A stretch of DNA of 42,083 nucleotides from a virus: IMG/VR virus record IMGVR_UViG_3300045988_093257, positions 1 to 42,083 of that record; one strand, 5' to 3'. Position 1 is the stretch's first letter. Every line of letters begins with the position of its first letter. Positions 41,836-42,083 of this stretch are shown piece after piece. The notes under the pieces are model-generated. The model worked only from the letters and a program-made list of their open reading frames with translations. It made no database searches and was not told the origin of the DNA. A program made the position numbers and the translations under genes.

Positions 41836-42031
41836 GTAAGCTGTACACTCCGTAATAGGAGTTCTGTCCTTTCTTCATTTCCATGCGAATGTCATGACCT
41901 TGCTTTCTTAAATCAAACACGACTGCTGACAGTCTTGTGATATTGAATCTGTTGAATGCAATCCTGCTTGTAATGTATTCATGGCACTGCAAATACTGCA
42001 ATACTTCATCTTTTTGAGTAACTTTCTTCAT
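41828..42031 (-). CDS. Winged-helix/HTH DNA-binding protein
   Basis: 67 aa. EVLQYLQCHEYITSRIAFNRFNITRLSAVVFDLRKQGHDI resembles small wHTH phage proteins. Confidence 0.55.
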   Translation of the reverse strand: MKKVTQKDEVLQYLQCHEYITSRIAFNRFNITRLSAVVFDLRKQGHDIRMEMKKGQNSYYGVYSLHD

Positions 42032-42045
42032 AATATCAATTTCTA

Positions 42046-42083
42046 CCCACTTTTCAGCCCGTTTTAGAGGGTATTCATATATC
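42046..42083. repeat. Terminal direct repeat, right copy (identical to 1..38)
   Basis: Exact 38-nt identity with the window start. Confidence 0.9.

Noticed and set aside
1-42083. Search by eye for CRISPR arrays, a reverse transcriptase (DGR or retron), toxin-antitoxin pairs or known defence-system ATPases and nucleases
   Set aside because: No repeat-spacer array, no RT motif (YxDD) protein and no large NTPase or nuclease outside the recombination and packaging genes was recognised. This is limited by the lack of profile searches.

Overview
This window is a complete, circularly closed genome of an AT-rich temperate dsDNA phage or prophage. The first 38 bp are identical to the last 38 bp, leaving 42,045 bp unique. 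Gene content points to a low-GC Gram-positive (Firmicutes-type) host. All functional calls come from by-eye motif recognition and gene context; no database search, HMM or RNA folding was run.

Layout:
1. Lysogeny module on the + strand: XRE repressor (3612-3932), tyrosine integrase (3944-5101) and an attP-like repeat region (5134-5375).
2. A divergent minus-strand early operon that starts at 3520, crosses the window junction and ends at 36900. It encodes an excisionase-family HTH protein, Erf, a PD-(D/E)XK nuclease, RusA, SSB, a replisome organizer with internal iterons, many small Cys-rich proteins and a sigma-region-4-like regulator.
3. A minus-strand late operon from 28417 to 5892: TerS, TerL, portal, scaffold, capsid, tail and fibre genes, tRNA-Gln(UUG), an M23+SH3 endolysin and a holin. 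These are followed by a 2228-aa giant protein and three collagen-like fibre genes.
4. A plus-strand 20-gene accessory operon (29784-36837) led by an ArdC-like protein. It has its own strong promoter and a ~535-nt ORF-poor leader.

The least explained parts are non-coding:
- Three tandem terminator-promoter modules predict three small RNAs next to attP (5388-5802).
- A ~1.35-kb gene-free region (28418-29783) contains a 75-nt purine/pyrimidine-alternating GC-rich tract, four copies of a 27-bp TTGTGAA-N13-TTCACAA inverted repeat, and the long leader.
- Two related long hairpins share a 13-mer in early-operon leaders.

I did not recognise any CRISPR array, reverse transcriptase or known defence system.
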